A DNA stretch of 64,000 bases. Origin: an uncultured Planctomycetia bacterium. Its GTDB lineage: Bacteria > Omnitrophota > Gorgyraeia > Tantalellales > Tantalellaceae. The notes under the pieces are model-generated. The model saw only the letters and a list, made by a program, of their open reading frames with translations, did no database searches and had not been told where the DNA came from. The stretch spans positions 21,015-85,014 of the forward strand of contig CAYPCX010000004.1 in assembly GCA_964409365.1 (NCBI GenBank). Reading direction: 5' to 3'. This document shows positions 37,028 through 46,750 of the stretch, piece after piece (position 1 is the stretch's first letter; every line of letters begins with the position of its first letter). Made by a program: the position numbers and the translations under genes.

Positions 37028-37476
37028 TTATCGGGGCCGATCACGGGGGGTTCCCGCTCAAGGAGAAGTTGAAGAAAGCGCTTAAAAAAGCGCGGTACAG
37101 GATCGACGACGTGGGTACGGGTTCCGGGGAATCGTGCGACTATCCGGAGTACGGGTTTGCCGTGGCCGAAGAAGTATCGAAAAAGAAAGCGGCAAGGGGC
37201 ATCATCATATGTAAAACAGGTATAGGCATGGCTGTCGTAGCGAACAAAGTGCCCGGGGTAAGGGCGGGCGTCTGCAATTCCGTGAAAGACGCGGTTTCTT
37301 CCCGTGAACATAATGATACTAACGTGCTGGTCCTGGCGGCCACGAAGGTCGGCCCCGGGAAAGCCCTTGATATCACTAAGGCCTGGCTTAGGACGAAAGC
37401 GGAAGGCGGTCGGCACGCCAGGCGCGTAAGGCAGATCAAGGAGTACGAGAAGAAAGTATTCAAGAAGGCCAGATGA
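37012..37476 (+). CDS. rpiB: Ribose-5-phosphate isomerase B
   Basis: RIVIGADHGGFPLKEKL N-terminus; RpiB/LacAB family length. Confidence 0.85.
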   Translation: MAKRIVIGADHGGFPLKEKLKKALKKARYRIDDVGTGSGESCDYPEYGFAVAEEVSKKKAARGIIICKTGIGMAVVANKVPGVRAGVCNSVKDAVSSREHNDTNVLVLAATKVGPGKALDITKAWLRTKAEGGRHARRVRQIKEYEKKVFKKAR

Positions 37477-37482
37477 TAGAAT

Positions 37483-37545
37483 GCAGAAGGCAGAGGACAG
37501 ATTGTTCATTTCTTTTATCTGTTTTCTGACTTCTGATTTCTGAAA
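37483..37545. repeat. Forward (CAGANGG)x3 and reverse-complement (TCTGNNN)x4 heptad arrays forming imperfect long hairpin between rpiB and glyA
   Basis: read in sequence. Confidence 0.7.
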
Positions 37546-37568
37546 CGCATAGTATACGGAGGCACAAC

Positions 37569-38831
37569 ATGAGGCATTTACATAAGGCCGATCCTAAGAT
37601 ATTCCAGGCCGTGCTCGGGGAGACGAAAAGGCAGAACGAAGGGATAGAACTCATAGCGAGCGAGAATTTCGCGAGCCGCGCCGTCATGGAAGCGGTCTCT
37701 TCCGCGATGACCAATAAGTATGCCGAAGGGTACGCGCACAAACGCTATTACGGCGGGTGCGAGTTTGTCGATATCGCCGAAGATATCGCGATAGCGAGGG
37801 CGAAAGAGCTTTTCGGGGCGGAACACGTTAACGTACAGCCGCATTCCGGTTCTCAGGCCAACCAGGCGGTGTTCTTTTCGACGGTGGACATAGGCGATAC
37901 TGTTCTGGCCATGGACCTCGCTTGCGGGGGGCACCTTACTCATGGGCACAAGAAGAACTATTCCGGTAAGTATTTCAACATGGTCTTCTACGGGGTGAAC
38001 AGACAGACGGAGAAGCTGGACTTCGATGAGATACGCAAAAAGGCAAAAGAGGCGAGGCCCAAGATGATAATAGCCGGGGCATCGGCTTACCCGCGGCAGA
38101 TCGACTTCCCGAAATTCCGTGAGGTCTGCGATGAAGTAGGGGCGGTGCTCATGGTGGACATGGCGCACATAGCCGGGATTGTGGCGGCGAAACTGCACCC
38201 CGATCCCGTCGCGGTGGCGGAATTCGTGACGACAACGACGCATAAAACGCTCAGAGGGCCCCGCGCCGGCATGATACTTTGCAGGGAGGAGTTCGCGAAG
38301 AAAATAGATTCGGAGGTATTTCCCGGCATGCAGGGCGGGCCCCTCATGCACGTCATAGCCGGAAAGGCGGTCGCTTTCCAGGAAGCCCTCAAACCCGAGT
38401 TCAAGGAATATCAGAAGAGAGTAGTGGGTAACGGGAAGCGGCTTGCCGATGAACTGGCCGCCAGGGGATACAGGATAGTGTCCGGCGGGACGGATAATCA
38501 TCTGATGCTTGTGGACCTGAGCGGTAACGGTCTTACGGGAAAGATCGCGGAGGCGTGTCTGGACAAGGCTGGTATAACGGTGAACAAGAACCTCATCCCC
38601 TTCGATAAGGAAAAACCCTTTGTCACCAGCGGTATAAGGATCGGCACGCCCGCGGCGACGACCAGGGGCATGGGCGAGGGAGAGATGACGAAAATAGCGG
38701 GGTTCATCGACTCGGCCCTGAAAGCGTGCGGGGATGATAAGCGGCTCGCCGTGATACGCGAAGAGGTGAGAGAGTTCCTGAAGGATTTCCCGCTGTACAG
38801 GGAATGGATAGACGAGATGGAGAGGATGTAA
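37569..38831 (+). CDS. glyA: Serine hydroxymethyltransferase
   Basis: canonical SHMT motifs incl. [15 protein letters not shown]-lysine region. Confidence 0.95.
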   Translation: MRHLHKADPKIFQAVLGETKRQNEGIELIASENFASRAVMEAVSSAMTNKYAEGYAHKRYYGGCEFVDIAEDIAIARAKELFGAEHVNVQPHSGSQANQAVFFSTVDIGDTVLAMDLACGGHLTHGHKKNYSGKYFNMVFYGVNRQTEKLDFDEIRKKAKEARPKMIIAGASAYPRQIDFPKFREVCDEVGAVLMVDMAHIAGIVAAKLHPDPVAVAEFVTTTTHKTLRGPRAGMILCREEFAKKIDSEVFPGMQGGPLMHVIAGKAVAFQEALKPEFKEYQKRVVGNGKRLADELAARGYRIVSGGTDNHLMLVDLSGNGLTGKIAEACLDKAGITVNKNLIPFDKEKPFVTSGIRIGTPAATTRGMGEGEMTKIAGFIDSALKACGDDKRLAVIREEVREFLKDFPLYREWIDEMERM

Positions 38832-38910
38832 AGAAGGATAAAGGATAAGGGAAAAAGGGTGAAGGGTAAAGGAAAAAGGATAAAGGAACAAAGAAAAAGG
38901 GAAAGAATAA
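38832..38910. repeat. (AAGGNNA)x11 heptad array spanning glyA-stop to dCMP-deaminase N-terminus
   Basis: aaggata aaggata agggaaa aagggtg aagggta aaggaaa ... Confidence 0.8.
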
Positions 38911-39353
38911 ACAGGCCGAGCTGGGATGATTATTTCATGAATATAGCCCGGCTTGTCGCGACACGATCGACCTGCCTGCGCAGACAGGTAGGCGCTGTTG
39001 TCGTCAAGGATAAGCAGATATTGGCCACCGGGTACAACGGCGCTCCTTCGGGGCTGACCCACTGCGACCAGGTCGGGTGCCTCAGGGAAGAGCTCGGGAT
39101 CCCTTCGGGCCAGCGGCACGAGCTTTGCCGCGCCTTGCACGCGGAGCAGAACGCCTTTTTGCAGGCGGCCAGGCACGGCGCCAGTCTTGCCGGCGGTACG
39201 CTGTACATAACGACGCAGCCCTGCAGTATCTGCGCGAAGATGCTGATAAATGTCGGCATAAAAAAGATCGTTATCGAGGGGGACTACCCCGATGACTTCG
39301 CCCTTCAATTCCTCAAGGAGTCCAAAATAGAAACGGTGGTGCTTGGGTCATGA
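38859..39353 (+). CDS. Deoxycytidylate (dCMP) deaminase, ComEB-type; start uncertain (GTG 38859 inside heptad array)
   Basis: RPSWDDYFM...RSTC N-terminus, HAEQNA and PCSICA zinc-binding motifs. Confidence 0.8.
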   Translation: MKGKGKRIKEQRKRERINRPSWDDYFMNIARLVATRSTCLRRQVGAVVVKDKQILATGYNGAPSGLTHCDQVGCLREELGIPSGQRHELCRALHAEQNAFLQAARHGASLAGGTLYITTQPCSICAKMLINVGIKKIVIEGDYPDDFALQFLKESKIETVVLGS

Positions 39354-39799
39354 GATGTCCTTTCTGCGGAAGCGTGGAAGATAAGGTTATAGATTCCCGC
39401 ATGAGCGGCGAGGGCATGAGCATCAGGCGCCGCCGTGAGTGCCTGGGCTGCGCGAAAAGGTTCACGACCTACGAATACGTGGAACAGGCTCCGCTCATGG
39501 TCGTCAAAAGGGATGGCGCGCGCAAGAGGTTCGACAGGGAAAAGATAAAAACGGGTATCATGAAGGCCTGCGAGAAGCGGCCGGTAAGCATGGAACAGGT
39601 CGACCAGATCGTCGAGGAGATCGAAAGGGAGATCCAGAAAAAAGCCGACAGGGAGATCAAATCGACGGATATAGGCAATATGGTGATGGATAAACTGTTC
39701 AAGCTCGATGAAGTAGCCTACGTCCGTTTTGCCTCGGTATACAGGCGTTTCAAGGACGTCTCACACTTCATGAAAGAGCTCAGGAAATTCCTCGAGTAG
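39350..39799 (+). CDS. nrdR: Transcriptional repressor NrdR
   Basis: MRCPFCG...CLGC zinc ribbon + ATP-cone. Confidence 0.9.
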   Translation: MRCPFCGSVEDKVIDSRMSGEGMSIRRRRECLGCAKRFTTYEYVEQAPLMVVKRDGARKRFDREKIKTGIMKACEKRPVSMEQVDQIVEEIEREIQKKADREIKSTDIGNMVMDKLFKLDEVAYVRFASVYRRFKDVSHFMKELRKFLE

Positions 39800-39804
39800 A
39801 CTTC

Positions 39805-41262
39805 TTATATCTCATCCAGCTTGGCCTTCAGTTCGACGTCGGAGGTGTTTTCTTTCAGCCACACGTCAAGGAACATCATCTGTTTCTGCATGAGGATATT
39901 GGCGCGGATAGCGTCTTTTTGCTCTTCATAGACGGTTTCGTCCGCTTCTATTATGGTATCGACCCTCGCCAGGATAACACCGTTCTGGGTAGTGATGGGC
40001 CTGATCACCTCGCCCTTGCCCGCGGTTACCGCGTTAAAGACGATATTTTTGGCGGGCCCCACGTTCTCGATATAACCACCGGCCGCGAGCGGGCCTATGT
40101 TCATGACCGGGATATCCATGAGGTTGGACGCTTCTTCCAGCGTTATGCCCTCGTCCGTGATCTTCGCGAAATATTCGTTCGCTTTCTGTTCGGCGTTCTT
40201 CAGGCGTTTCTGGTCCGTAAGAAGCTGGATAAGGTCGTCGTGGATCTCTTCGTAGCTTACGGGTTTTGTCGGGATATGACCGGTCTTGCGGAACACGTAT
40301 ACCGCTCCTTTTTGCGGCGATGAAAAGAGCGGCCGGCTGATATCGCCTTCCTCCATGTCAAAGGCCATTTCCTGCAGGCCGCGCGTATAGTTTACGCCGG
40401 GGATAACGCCCTCGCGCGAAAAAGGTTCGGTCTTGCCGTAACGCAGGCCGTGTTTTTCCGCGTATTCCCTGAACTTTTCGGGAGAGGTCTTGAGGTCCGG
40501 GTAGATCTCCTCGATCTTTTTTCCCGCCAGGTCGCGCTGGTCGACGCCGTCGTATTCCATTTCTATGTACTCGACCTCCACCTTTTCCGGCGAATAGAAC
40601 CTGTCTTTATTGTCTTCATATAACTTTTTCGCTTCTTCTTCGGTAACGGTCGTATCGCCGAGGGGGAGTGTCTTGCTTATGAATATATAAGAGAGTTCGA
40701 CCTGGTCGTTGGTTTTGTGGAAGGTGTCCCGTATGTTCTCGTCCGGGACGTCCAGGTCTTCTATGATGCTCTGGCGGAACTTCTGTATCTGTATGTTCTC
40801 CCTGATGAGTTCTTCGAACGTTCGCGGGGTCATCGAGAGGTTGTTCCTCAGGATGTTCGTGTACAGTTCCGTGTTGAAGCTGCCGCTTCTCTGAAAGAGG
40901 GGATGCGTGGATATGGCGGTCACGACCTCGTTATTAGTGGCCTTGAGGCCCTTTTCCCGGGCTTTTTCCAGGAATATAAGCCGTTCCCAGGCCATCTGGT
41001 TGATCACCGGGCGGTTCTGGAACAGTTTTGAGAGCATCTCATAATTGTTGAAATACGTGAGCAGGATCTGTACTTTGGTCGCCTGCCGGCTCTTGGCGAA
41101 ATCCTCCATGGATATCTTCCTGTCCCCGATCGTGCCGACCGGTGCGGGGCTCCTGGTGACGTTGCCTACTCCCCAGAGGACGAAAGCTGGAATAATGAGG
41201 ATGAGCAGGCCCCAAAGGACCCGCTTCGCGAACTTTTTACTTCTCAGGACGCTCATTACCAT
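39805..41262 (-). CDS. Periplasmic chaperone PpiD/SurA-like (N-terminal TM, SurA-N domain, parvulin-like domain)
   Basis: AAGGAG RBS before ATG 41262; N-terminal TM; overall architecture ~490 aa. Confidence 0.6.
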   Translation of the reverse strand: MVMSVLRSKKFAKRVLWGLLILIIPAFVLWGVGNVTRSPAPVGTIGDRKISMEDFAKSRQATKVQILLTYFNNYEMLSKLFQNRPVINQMAWERLIFLEKAREKGLKATNNEVVTAISTHPLFQRSGSFNTELYTNILRNNLSMTPRTFEELIRENIQIQKFRQSIIEDLDVPDENIRDTFHKTNDQVELSYIFISKTLPLGDTTVTEEEAKKLYEDNKDRFYSPEKVEVEYIEMEYDGVDQRDLAGKKIEEIYPDLKTSPEKFREYAEKHGLRYGKTEPFSREGVIPGVNYTRGLQEMAFDMEEGDISRPLFSSPQKGAVYVFRKTGHIPTKPVSYEEIHDDLIQLLTDQKRLKNAEQKANEYFAKITDEGITLEEASNLMDIPVMNIGPLAAGGYIENVGPAKNIVFNAVTAGKGEVIRPITTQNGVILARVDTIIEADETVYEEQKDAIRANILMQKQMMFLDVWLKENTSDVELKAKLDEI

Positions 41263-41419
41263 ATCTATCAACTCCTTGATATTGTGAGATTGTCGCAGGA
41301 GTATATTATAAGCCATTTTTTCCCGGAGACAAGCCTAAATTGTTCGAGCCGCCTGTTGAATGTAAAGGGGTTATATGTTAGACTAACCCGTAAACCCGTA
41401 AAATAAGGAGGTACGCAAA

Positions 41420-42226
41420 ATGGACTGGGGAATGAAGAACAGACTGAGCCAGCTTATCCAACCCGATGGTCATTGTTTCTTTCTGCCTATAGATCATGGA
41501 TATTTTCAGGGGCCTACCAGTTGCCTGGAGAGGCCCGGTGAGACTATCGAACCACTTCTCTCGTATTGTGATGCTCTCTTCGTCACCAGGGGCGTGTTGC
41601 GCTCGGCCGTGAAAGCGGCGGGCAGCAAACCGATCATTTTGAGGGTATCGGGAGGGACCAGCATGGTGGGGAAGGACCTGGCCAATGAAGGGATCACTAC
41701 GTCCATCCAGGAGATCATCCGGCTTAACGCGGCCGCCGTGGGCGTTTCTGTTTTTGTGGGGAGCGATCATGAGCGCCAGACACTGCTGAACCTCGCGAGA
41801 CTTGTCAATGAATGTGAAGATTACGGTATACCCGTGATGGCCGTTACGGCTGTCGGTAAGGAAACGGAGAAAATGGAAGCCCGCTACCTCGCTTTAAGCT
41901 GCCGTATCGCCGCCGAACTGGGCGCGAAAGTGGTAAAGACCTACTGGTGCGCGAAGGATTTTGACAAGGTCGTGAACGGCTGTCCTGTCCCGGTGGTAAT
42001 GGCGGGCGGACCCAGATGCAAAACAGAACTTGAGGTATTGGAATTTGTCCATGACGGCATGCAAAAAGGCGCGATCGGTATAAATCTCGGGAGGAACGTC
42101 TGGCAGAACGCTCAACCGGTAGCCATGGCCAGGGCCCTAAGGGCCATTATCCACGAGAACGCCACGGCCAGAGAAGCCCATGAGCTGTTCAACGAAGCCA
42201 AGGGTAAGGAGAGATCTTGCGTGTAG
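41420..42226 (+). CDS. DhnA/FbaB-type class I aldolase family protein
   Basis: AAGGAGG RBS; Schiff-base lysine context VVKTYW; family-typical length. Confidence 0.65.
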   Translation: MDWGMKNRLSQLIQPDGHCFFLPIDHGYFQGPTSCLERPGETIEPLLSYCDALFVTRGVLRSAVKAAGSKPIILRVSGGTSMVGKDLANEGITTSIQEIIRLNAAAVGVSVFVGSDHERQTLLNLARLVNECEDYGIPVMAVTAVGKETEKMEARYLALSCRIAAELGAKVVKTYWCAKDFDKVVNGCPVPVVMAGGPRCKTELEVLEFVHDGMQKGAIGINLGRNVWQNAQPVAMARALRAIIHENATAREAHELFNEAKGKERSCV

Positions 42227-43242
42227 CGATGTATTATAACAACCGGGATGTGCGGTTGGAGGAGATGCCGGACCCGCGGATCGAGCCGGGAGAGCTGTTG
42301 GTGAAGGTCATGGCCAGCGGTATCTGCGGCAGTGACGTGATGGAATGGTATCGTATCAAAAAGGCGCCCCTGGTGCTGGGACATGAGATCACGGGCCGGA
42401 TCGTCGAAGTGGGTAAGGGTGTAAAACAGTACAAGCCCGGTGACAGGGTTTTCGTGGCCCACCATGTACCCTGTAATACCTGTCGCTATTGCCTGAGAGG
42501 TCATCATACCGTTTGTGAAACACTGCATACCACGAACTATATCCCCGGCGGGTTCGCGGAATACTTACGGGTGCCCCGGATTAACGTGGACCGCGGAGTG
42601 TTTCTCCTGCCTGAAGAGGTCTCCTACGAGGATGGGACGTTCATCGAGCCGTTGGCCTGTGTTGTGCGCGGGCAGAGATTGGCGCGTTTTGAACCGGGGC
42701 AAAGCGTGCTTATCATCGGAAGCGGTATTTCCGGGCTTTTGCATCTGCTTTTGGCCCGCGCCTGCGGGGCCGGCCGGGTGACAGCGACGGATATCAACGA
42801 GTATCGCCTTAAGACGGCGCTTGAGTTCGGCGCGGACGCGGTGATAGACGCCCGCGAATATACCGCTGAGTATTTGCTGCAGGTCAATGACAACAGGCTT
42901 GCCGACCTGGTGATCGTGTGCGCAGGCGCGTTATCCGCTTTCACTCAGGCATTGAAGTCCGTGGATCGCGGAGGGACCGTTCTGTTCTTCGCGCCGACGG
43001 AACCGGGAGTGGATCTCCCTGTCCCGGTCAATGAATTCTGGCGTAACGGCATAACGTTAATGCCTTCGTATGGCAGCAGCCCGTCTGATACCGCCGAAGC
43101 TATAGAATTGCTCCAAACCGGTCGCATTCCCGTGAACAAAATGATCACGCACCGGTTGCCTCTGTCGGAGACAGGCCTGGGGTTCAAGCTTGTCGCTGAA
43201 GCCGGGGAATCCATTAAAGTGGTCGTTGAACCGCAAAAATGA
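42217..43242 (+). CDS. Zinc-dependent alcohol dehydrogenase family (threonine/sorbitol dehydrogenase-like)
   Basis: GICGSDV and GHE motifs, second Cys cluster CNTCRYC; TTG start with GGAG RBS; overlaps aldolase gene. Confidence 0.8.
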   Translation: MRVAMYYNNRDVRLEEMPDPRIEPGELLVKVMASGICGSDVMEWYRIKKAPLVLGHEITGRIVEVGKGVKQYKPGDRVFVAHHVPCNTCRYCLRGHHTVCETLHTTNYIPGGFAEYLRVPRINVDRGVFLLPEEVSYEDGTFIEPLACVVRGQRLARFEPGQSVLIIGSGISGLLHLLLARACGAGRVTATDINEYRLKTALEFGADAVIDAREYTAEYLLQVNDNRLADLVIVCAGALSAFTQALKSVDRGGTVLFFAPTEPGVDLPVPVNEFWRNGITLMPSYGSSPSDTAEAIELLQTGRIPVNKMITHRLPLSETGLGFKLVAEAGESIKVVVEPQK

Positions 43243-43412
43243 ACCCTCGTCCGCAAATACTTATACGCCTTGACTATATATTAAGTTTGGTATACAATTG
43301 ACACGAAAATTTTATTTATTATATACTGACGCTTCCGGTCAGAAAGGGTGAGCCCTGCCCGGCGTCAGCAAGAGGATTATTTTTTCTGTTCTTTTGCCGA
43401 AAAGAGGTAGAA

Positions 43413-44291
43413 ATGAGCGAGAACAAATTGAGATTAGGCATTCCCAAGGGTAGTCTGCAGGACACGACCGTCAGGCTTTTTGGGAAAGCCGGGTATAAGA
43501 TAAAGGTCTCAACGAGATCATATTTTCCCGATATTGATGACGAGGAAATAGAAGTGATACTGTTCCGCGCCCAGGAGATGTCCAGGTATGTGGAGGACGG
43601 GCTCATCGACTGCGGCATAACCGGTAATGACTGGATAGAGGAGAATTCGTCCACGGTCGAGCGGGTAGCGGAACTGGTATACGCCAAAAGGAGCATGAAG
43701 CCGGTAAAATGGGTGCTTGCCGTGCCGAGCTCATCCGCCGTGAAATGCGCAAAAGACCTGCAGGGCAAGAGAATAGCGACGGAGCTGGTAAAGGTCACGA
43801 GCAAGTACCTTGAAAAAAAAGGCGTGAAGGCCGACGTGGAATTCAGCTGGGGGGCTACCGAAGTGAAGCCCAAGATGGGGATAGACGCGATAGTCGAAGT
43901 GACCGAAACCGGTGCCAGCCTCCGGGCCAACGACCTCCGGATAGTGGAAACGATATGCGAATCCACCACGCAGTTCATAGCCAACACCGGCGCATGGAAG
44001 GATCCCTGGAAAAAGGAAAAAATGGAAAGAATAGTCATGCTTCTCCAGGGAGCGATACTCGCCGAAGGTAAAGTAGGGCTGAAGATGAACGCCAAAAAAG
44101 AAGACGTGGAAAAGATAGTAGGGATACTTCCCGCCATGAAAATGCCCACCGTTTCCCCGCTGTTCGGGGGGGAATGGGTGGACATCGACACGGTCATAGA
44201 CGAGGAAGATGTGAAACGGTTGATACCCGAGCTCAGAAAAGCCGGGGCTCAGGGCATCATAGAGTATCCGTTGAACAAGGTGATAGACTAG
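43413..44291 (+). CDS. hisG: ATP phosphoribosyltransferase, long form
   Basis: [11 protein letters not shown]-terminus; C-terminal regulatory domain present. Confidence 0.9.
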   Translation: MSENKLRLGIPKGSLQDTTVRLFGKAGYKIKVSTRSYFPDIDDEEIEVILFRAQEMSRYVEDGLIDCGITGNDWIEENSSTVERVAELVYAKRSMKPVKWVLAVPSSSAVKCAKDLQGKRIATELVKVTSKYLEKKGVKADVEFSWGATEVKPKMGIDAIVEVTETGASLRANDLRIVETICESTTQFIANTGAWKDPWKKEKMERIVMLLQGAILAEGKVGLKMNAKKEDVEKIVGILPAMKMPTVSPLFGGEWVDIDTVIDEEDVKRLIPELRKAGAQGIIEYPLNKVID

Positions 44292-44336
44292 AACACCGGG
44301 CCATGCCCGGAAAAATCGGAAAGGGACACCGAAAAC

Positions 44337-44432
44337 ATGCCTTGCGGAAAGAAAAGGAAGATAAAAAAGGTCAAGCGGCATAAGCGCAAAAAGCGCATGA
44401 AGAGAGATAGGCATAAGAAGAAAAAGAGCTAA
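44337..44432 (+). CDS. Hypothetical 31-aa hyper-basic peptide (MPCGKKRKIKKVKRHKRKKRMKRDRHKKKKS)
   Basis: manual translation; below ORF-track threshold; ends 3 nt before next gene. Confidence 0.25.
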   Translation: MPCGKKRKIKKVKRHKRKKRMKRDRHKKKKS

Positions 44433-44435
44433 AGC

Positions 44436-45884
44436 ATGGCTTTGAAGAGAAAAGTCGCACTTTCCGTCGCATTTTCTTTTTCTGTTCTTTCATTTGCCGG
44501 TGTTTCGGGAGCATTCACTTTTGTCGGTTTCGGAGGGACGCTTGTAGACGAGACCCGCGTGGAAGATGCCGCTATCAGGACCTTTTCGAACGCACTTGCC
44601 CATTATCTGATGGGGCAGCTCTATGACAATAACGGTGACGTAAAGTCAGCTGTTGCCGAGTATGAGAAAGCCCTTGTTTACAGGGATGACATAGCCGACA
44701 TCTACCTGCGGCTCGGTTCCGACCTTCTTCTTTTGGGCAGGATGGACGAGGCGACAGGTGTGCTCAAGAAGGCTCTCCAGGTTGAACCCAAGACGGTGCG
44801 GGCGTATATGCTCTTGGCTATCGTCCACACCGCGAAAGGCGAGTTCGATCAGGCGCAGGCCCGCTATGAAGAAGCCCTGGGGCATGAGCCGGAAAATATC
44901 AAGGTGCTGACGTTCCTGTCCGACCTTTTTGTCATCCAGAAGAAACTCGACAAGGCGGCCGAGGTCTACCAGAGGATCATCGAGGTAAGAGGGGACGATG
45001 CCTTTCTATATTTCAACCTCGGTATCATTTACAGCAAGCTGGAGCAGATGGAAAAGGCGAAGGCGAACCTCAGGAAGGCCATCGAAAAAAATAAGGATTA
45101 TCTTGAGGCGCACCTCGTGCTCGGTTTTATCTGCGAGATAGAGGCAGATCCGAAAGAGGCCATAAAGCAGTATAGAGCGGTCACCGAAATAGATCCGAAG
45201 AACAGGGAAGCCCGGGTCAGGATAGCGCACCTTTATTACACTTTGGGCGAGACAGAGAAGGCCGTGCAGGAGAACCGGGAGCTGATCGCTTTAGGTGTTC
45301 GTTCTCCCGAACCGTACCTGCAGATCTTCGGCATATATGTTTCCGGGAAGAAATACGACCGCGCGGAGAATATACTGCGCGAAGCATTGAATGACGGCGT
45401 AACGAGCGCCGTGATCTACGCCAATTTCGGATATCTGGCCGGCCTTAAGGAAGATTACGCACAGGCGGCGCGTTATTACAGGGAAGCCATAGAAAAAGCT
45501 CCCGGGAACGAGAAATACCGGTTTTCACTCGCCGTCGTAACGGACCGTTCGGGAGAGAGGGACGAAGCGGTAGAGATGCTCGAGGATCTGGTCTCGAAGG
45601 AACCCGACCTTCCCGAAGCTTATAATTATCTCGGCTATTTGTATGCCGAAGAAGGCGTTAAGCTCGACCGCGCGATCGAGCTGATAAAAAAAGCCCTGGA
45701 GTATGATCCGGATAACGGCGCTTATCTGGACAGTCTCGGCTGGGCTTATTACAAGAAAGGTATGCTGGATGAAGCGCTGGGGGAGCTTTCCCGGGCGGCG
45801 GAGTTCATGCCGGACGATCCGGTGATAGAAGATCATCTGAAAGCGGCAAAAGAGAGACTTAAGGTCTTGAAAAGGTCGAGATAA
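44436..45884 (+). CDS. Secreted tetratricopeptide-repeat (TPR) protein
   Basis: signal peptide then ~10 TPR-like 34-aa repeats. Confidence 0.8.
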   Translation: MALKRKVALSVAFSFSVLSFAGVSGAFTFVGFGGTLVDETRVEDAAIRTFSNALAHYLMGQLYDNNGDVKSAVAEYEKALVYRDDIADIYLRLGSDLLLLGRMDEATGVLKKALQVEPKTVRAYMLLAIVHTAKGEFDQAQARYEEALGHEPENIKVLTFLSDLFVIQKKLDKAAEVYQRIIEVRGDDAFLYFNLGIIYSKLEQMEKAKANLRKAIEKNKDYLEAHLVLGFICEIEADPKEAIKQYRAVTEIDPKNREARVRIAHLYYTLGETEKAVQENRELIALGVRSPEPYLQIFGIYVSGKKYDRAENILREALNDGVTSAVIYANFGYLAGLKEDYAQAARYYREAIEKAPGNEKYRFSLAVVTDRSGERDEAVEMLEDLVSKEPDLPEAYNYLGYLYAEEGVKLDRAIELIKKALEYDPDNGAYLDSLGWAYYKKGMLDEALGELSRAAEFMPDDPVIEDHLKAAKERLKVLKRSR

Positions 45885-45898
45885 AAGAAAAGAGGGAC

Positions 45899-46735
45899 AT
45901 GAACAGGATAGAAGACATCACGGGTCTGAAGAAAAAAGCCATAGATCTCCGCCGGGATATACTGCGCATGCTGGAGAAAGCCGGCAGCGGCCATACCGGG
46001 GGGTCGTTGTCGATGGTCGAGATACTCGTCGAATTATATTACCGGAAGATGAACTTTGACCCGAGAAAACCCGACTGGAAAGGACGCGACAAGTTCGTGC
46101 TTTCCAAGGGGCACGGGTGCCCGGCGTTGTACGCGGTGCTCGCTGACCTGGAGTTCTTCCCGAAAAAAGAACTGTTGACCCTGCGCGAACTGGGATCACG
46201 GCTTCAGGGGCATCCCCAGCTGGGCCTGCCGGGACTTGAGATCTCGAGTGGTTCCCTCGGGCAGGGGCTTTCCATCGCGGTGGGTTTCGCGCTTGCCGAT
46301 AAGATGGACGGGGTGAATGCCAGGGTGTACTGCCTGATGGGCGATGGGGAGACCAACGAAGGCCAGATATGGGAAGCGGCCATGACAGGGTCGCATTATG
46401 GACTGGACAACCTGTGCGGGATAATAGATTTCAACAAGCTGCAGATAGACGGCCTTTGCTGCGATGTAAAGTCTCTCGGCCAGTATAAAGAAAAATGGGC
46501 ACATTTCGGATGGCATGCGATCGAAATAGACGGACACGATTTTGACCAGCTCGACAAGGCGTTCGAAGAGGCCGCTTCGGTAAAGGGCAAGCCGCAGGTC
46601 ATAATAGCTCACACGGTGAAGGGCAAGGGCGTATCGTTCGTGGAGAACAAGGTCAACTGGCACGGCATCGCCCCGAAAAAGGACGAGCTGGAAAAGGCCC
46701 TTGCCGAATTGGACGAGCAGGAAAAACAGCTTTAA
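45899..46735 (+). CDS. Transketolase, N-terminal (TPP-binding) subunit of split enzyme
   Basis: GHTGGSLSMVEIL and GDGE TPP-binding motifs; ~278 aa. Confidence 0.9.
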   Translation: MNRIEDITGLKKKAIDLRRDILRMLEKAGSGHTGGSLSMVEILVELYYRKMNFDPRKPDWKGRDKFVLSKGHGCPALYAVLADLEFFPKKELLTLRELGSRLQGHPQLGLPGLEISSGSLGQGLSIAVGFALADKMDGVNARVYCLMGDGETNEGQIWEAAMTGSHYGLDNLCGIIDFNKLQIDGLCCDVKSLGQYKEKWAHFGWHAIEIDGHDFDQLDKAFEEAASVKGKPQVIIAHTVKGKGVSFVENKVNWHGIAPKKDELEKALAELDEQEKQL

Positions 46736-46750
46736 CAAGGAGACATTGTT

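Noticed and set aside
38832-38910. Heptad array after glyA as an independent ncRNA or terminator
   Set aside because: It is a purine-rich direct repeat with no stem. It more plausibly belongs to the genome-wide heptad family and is partly translated as the dCMP-deaminase N-terminus.
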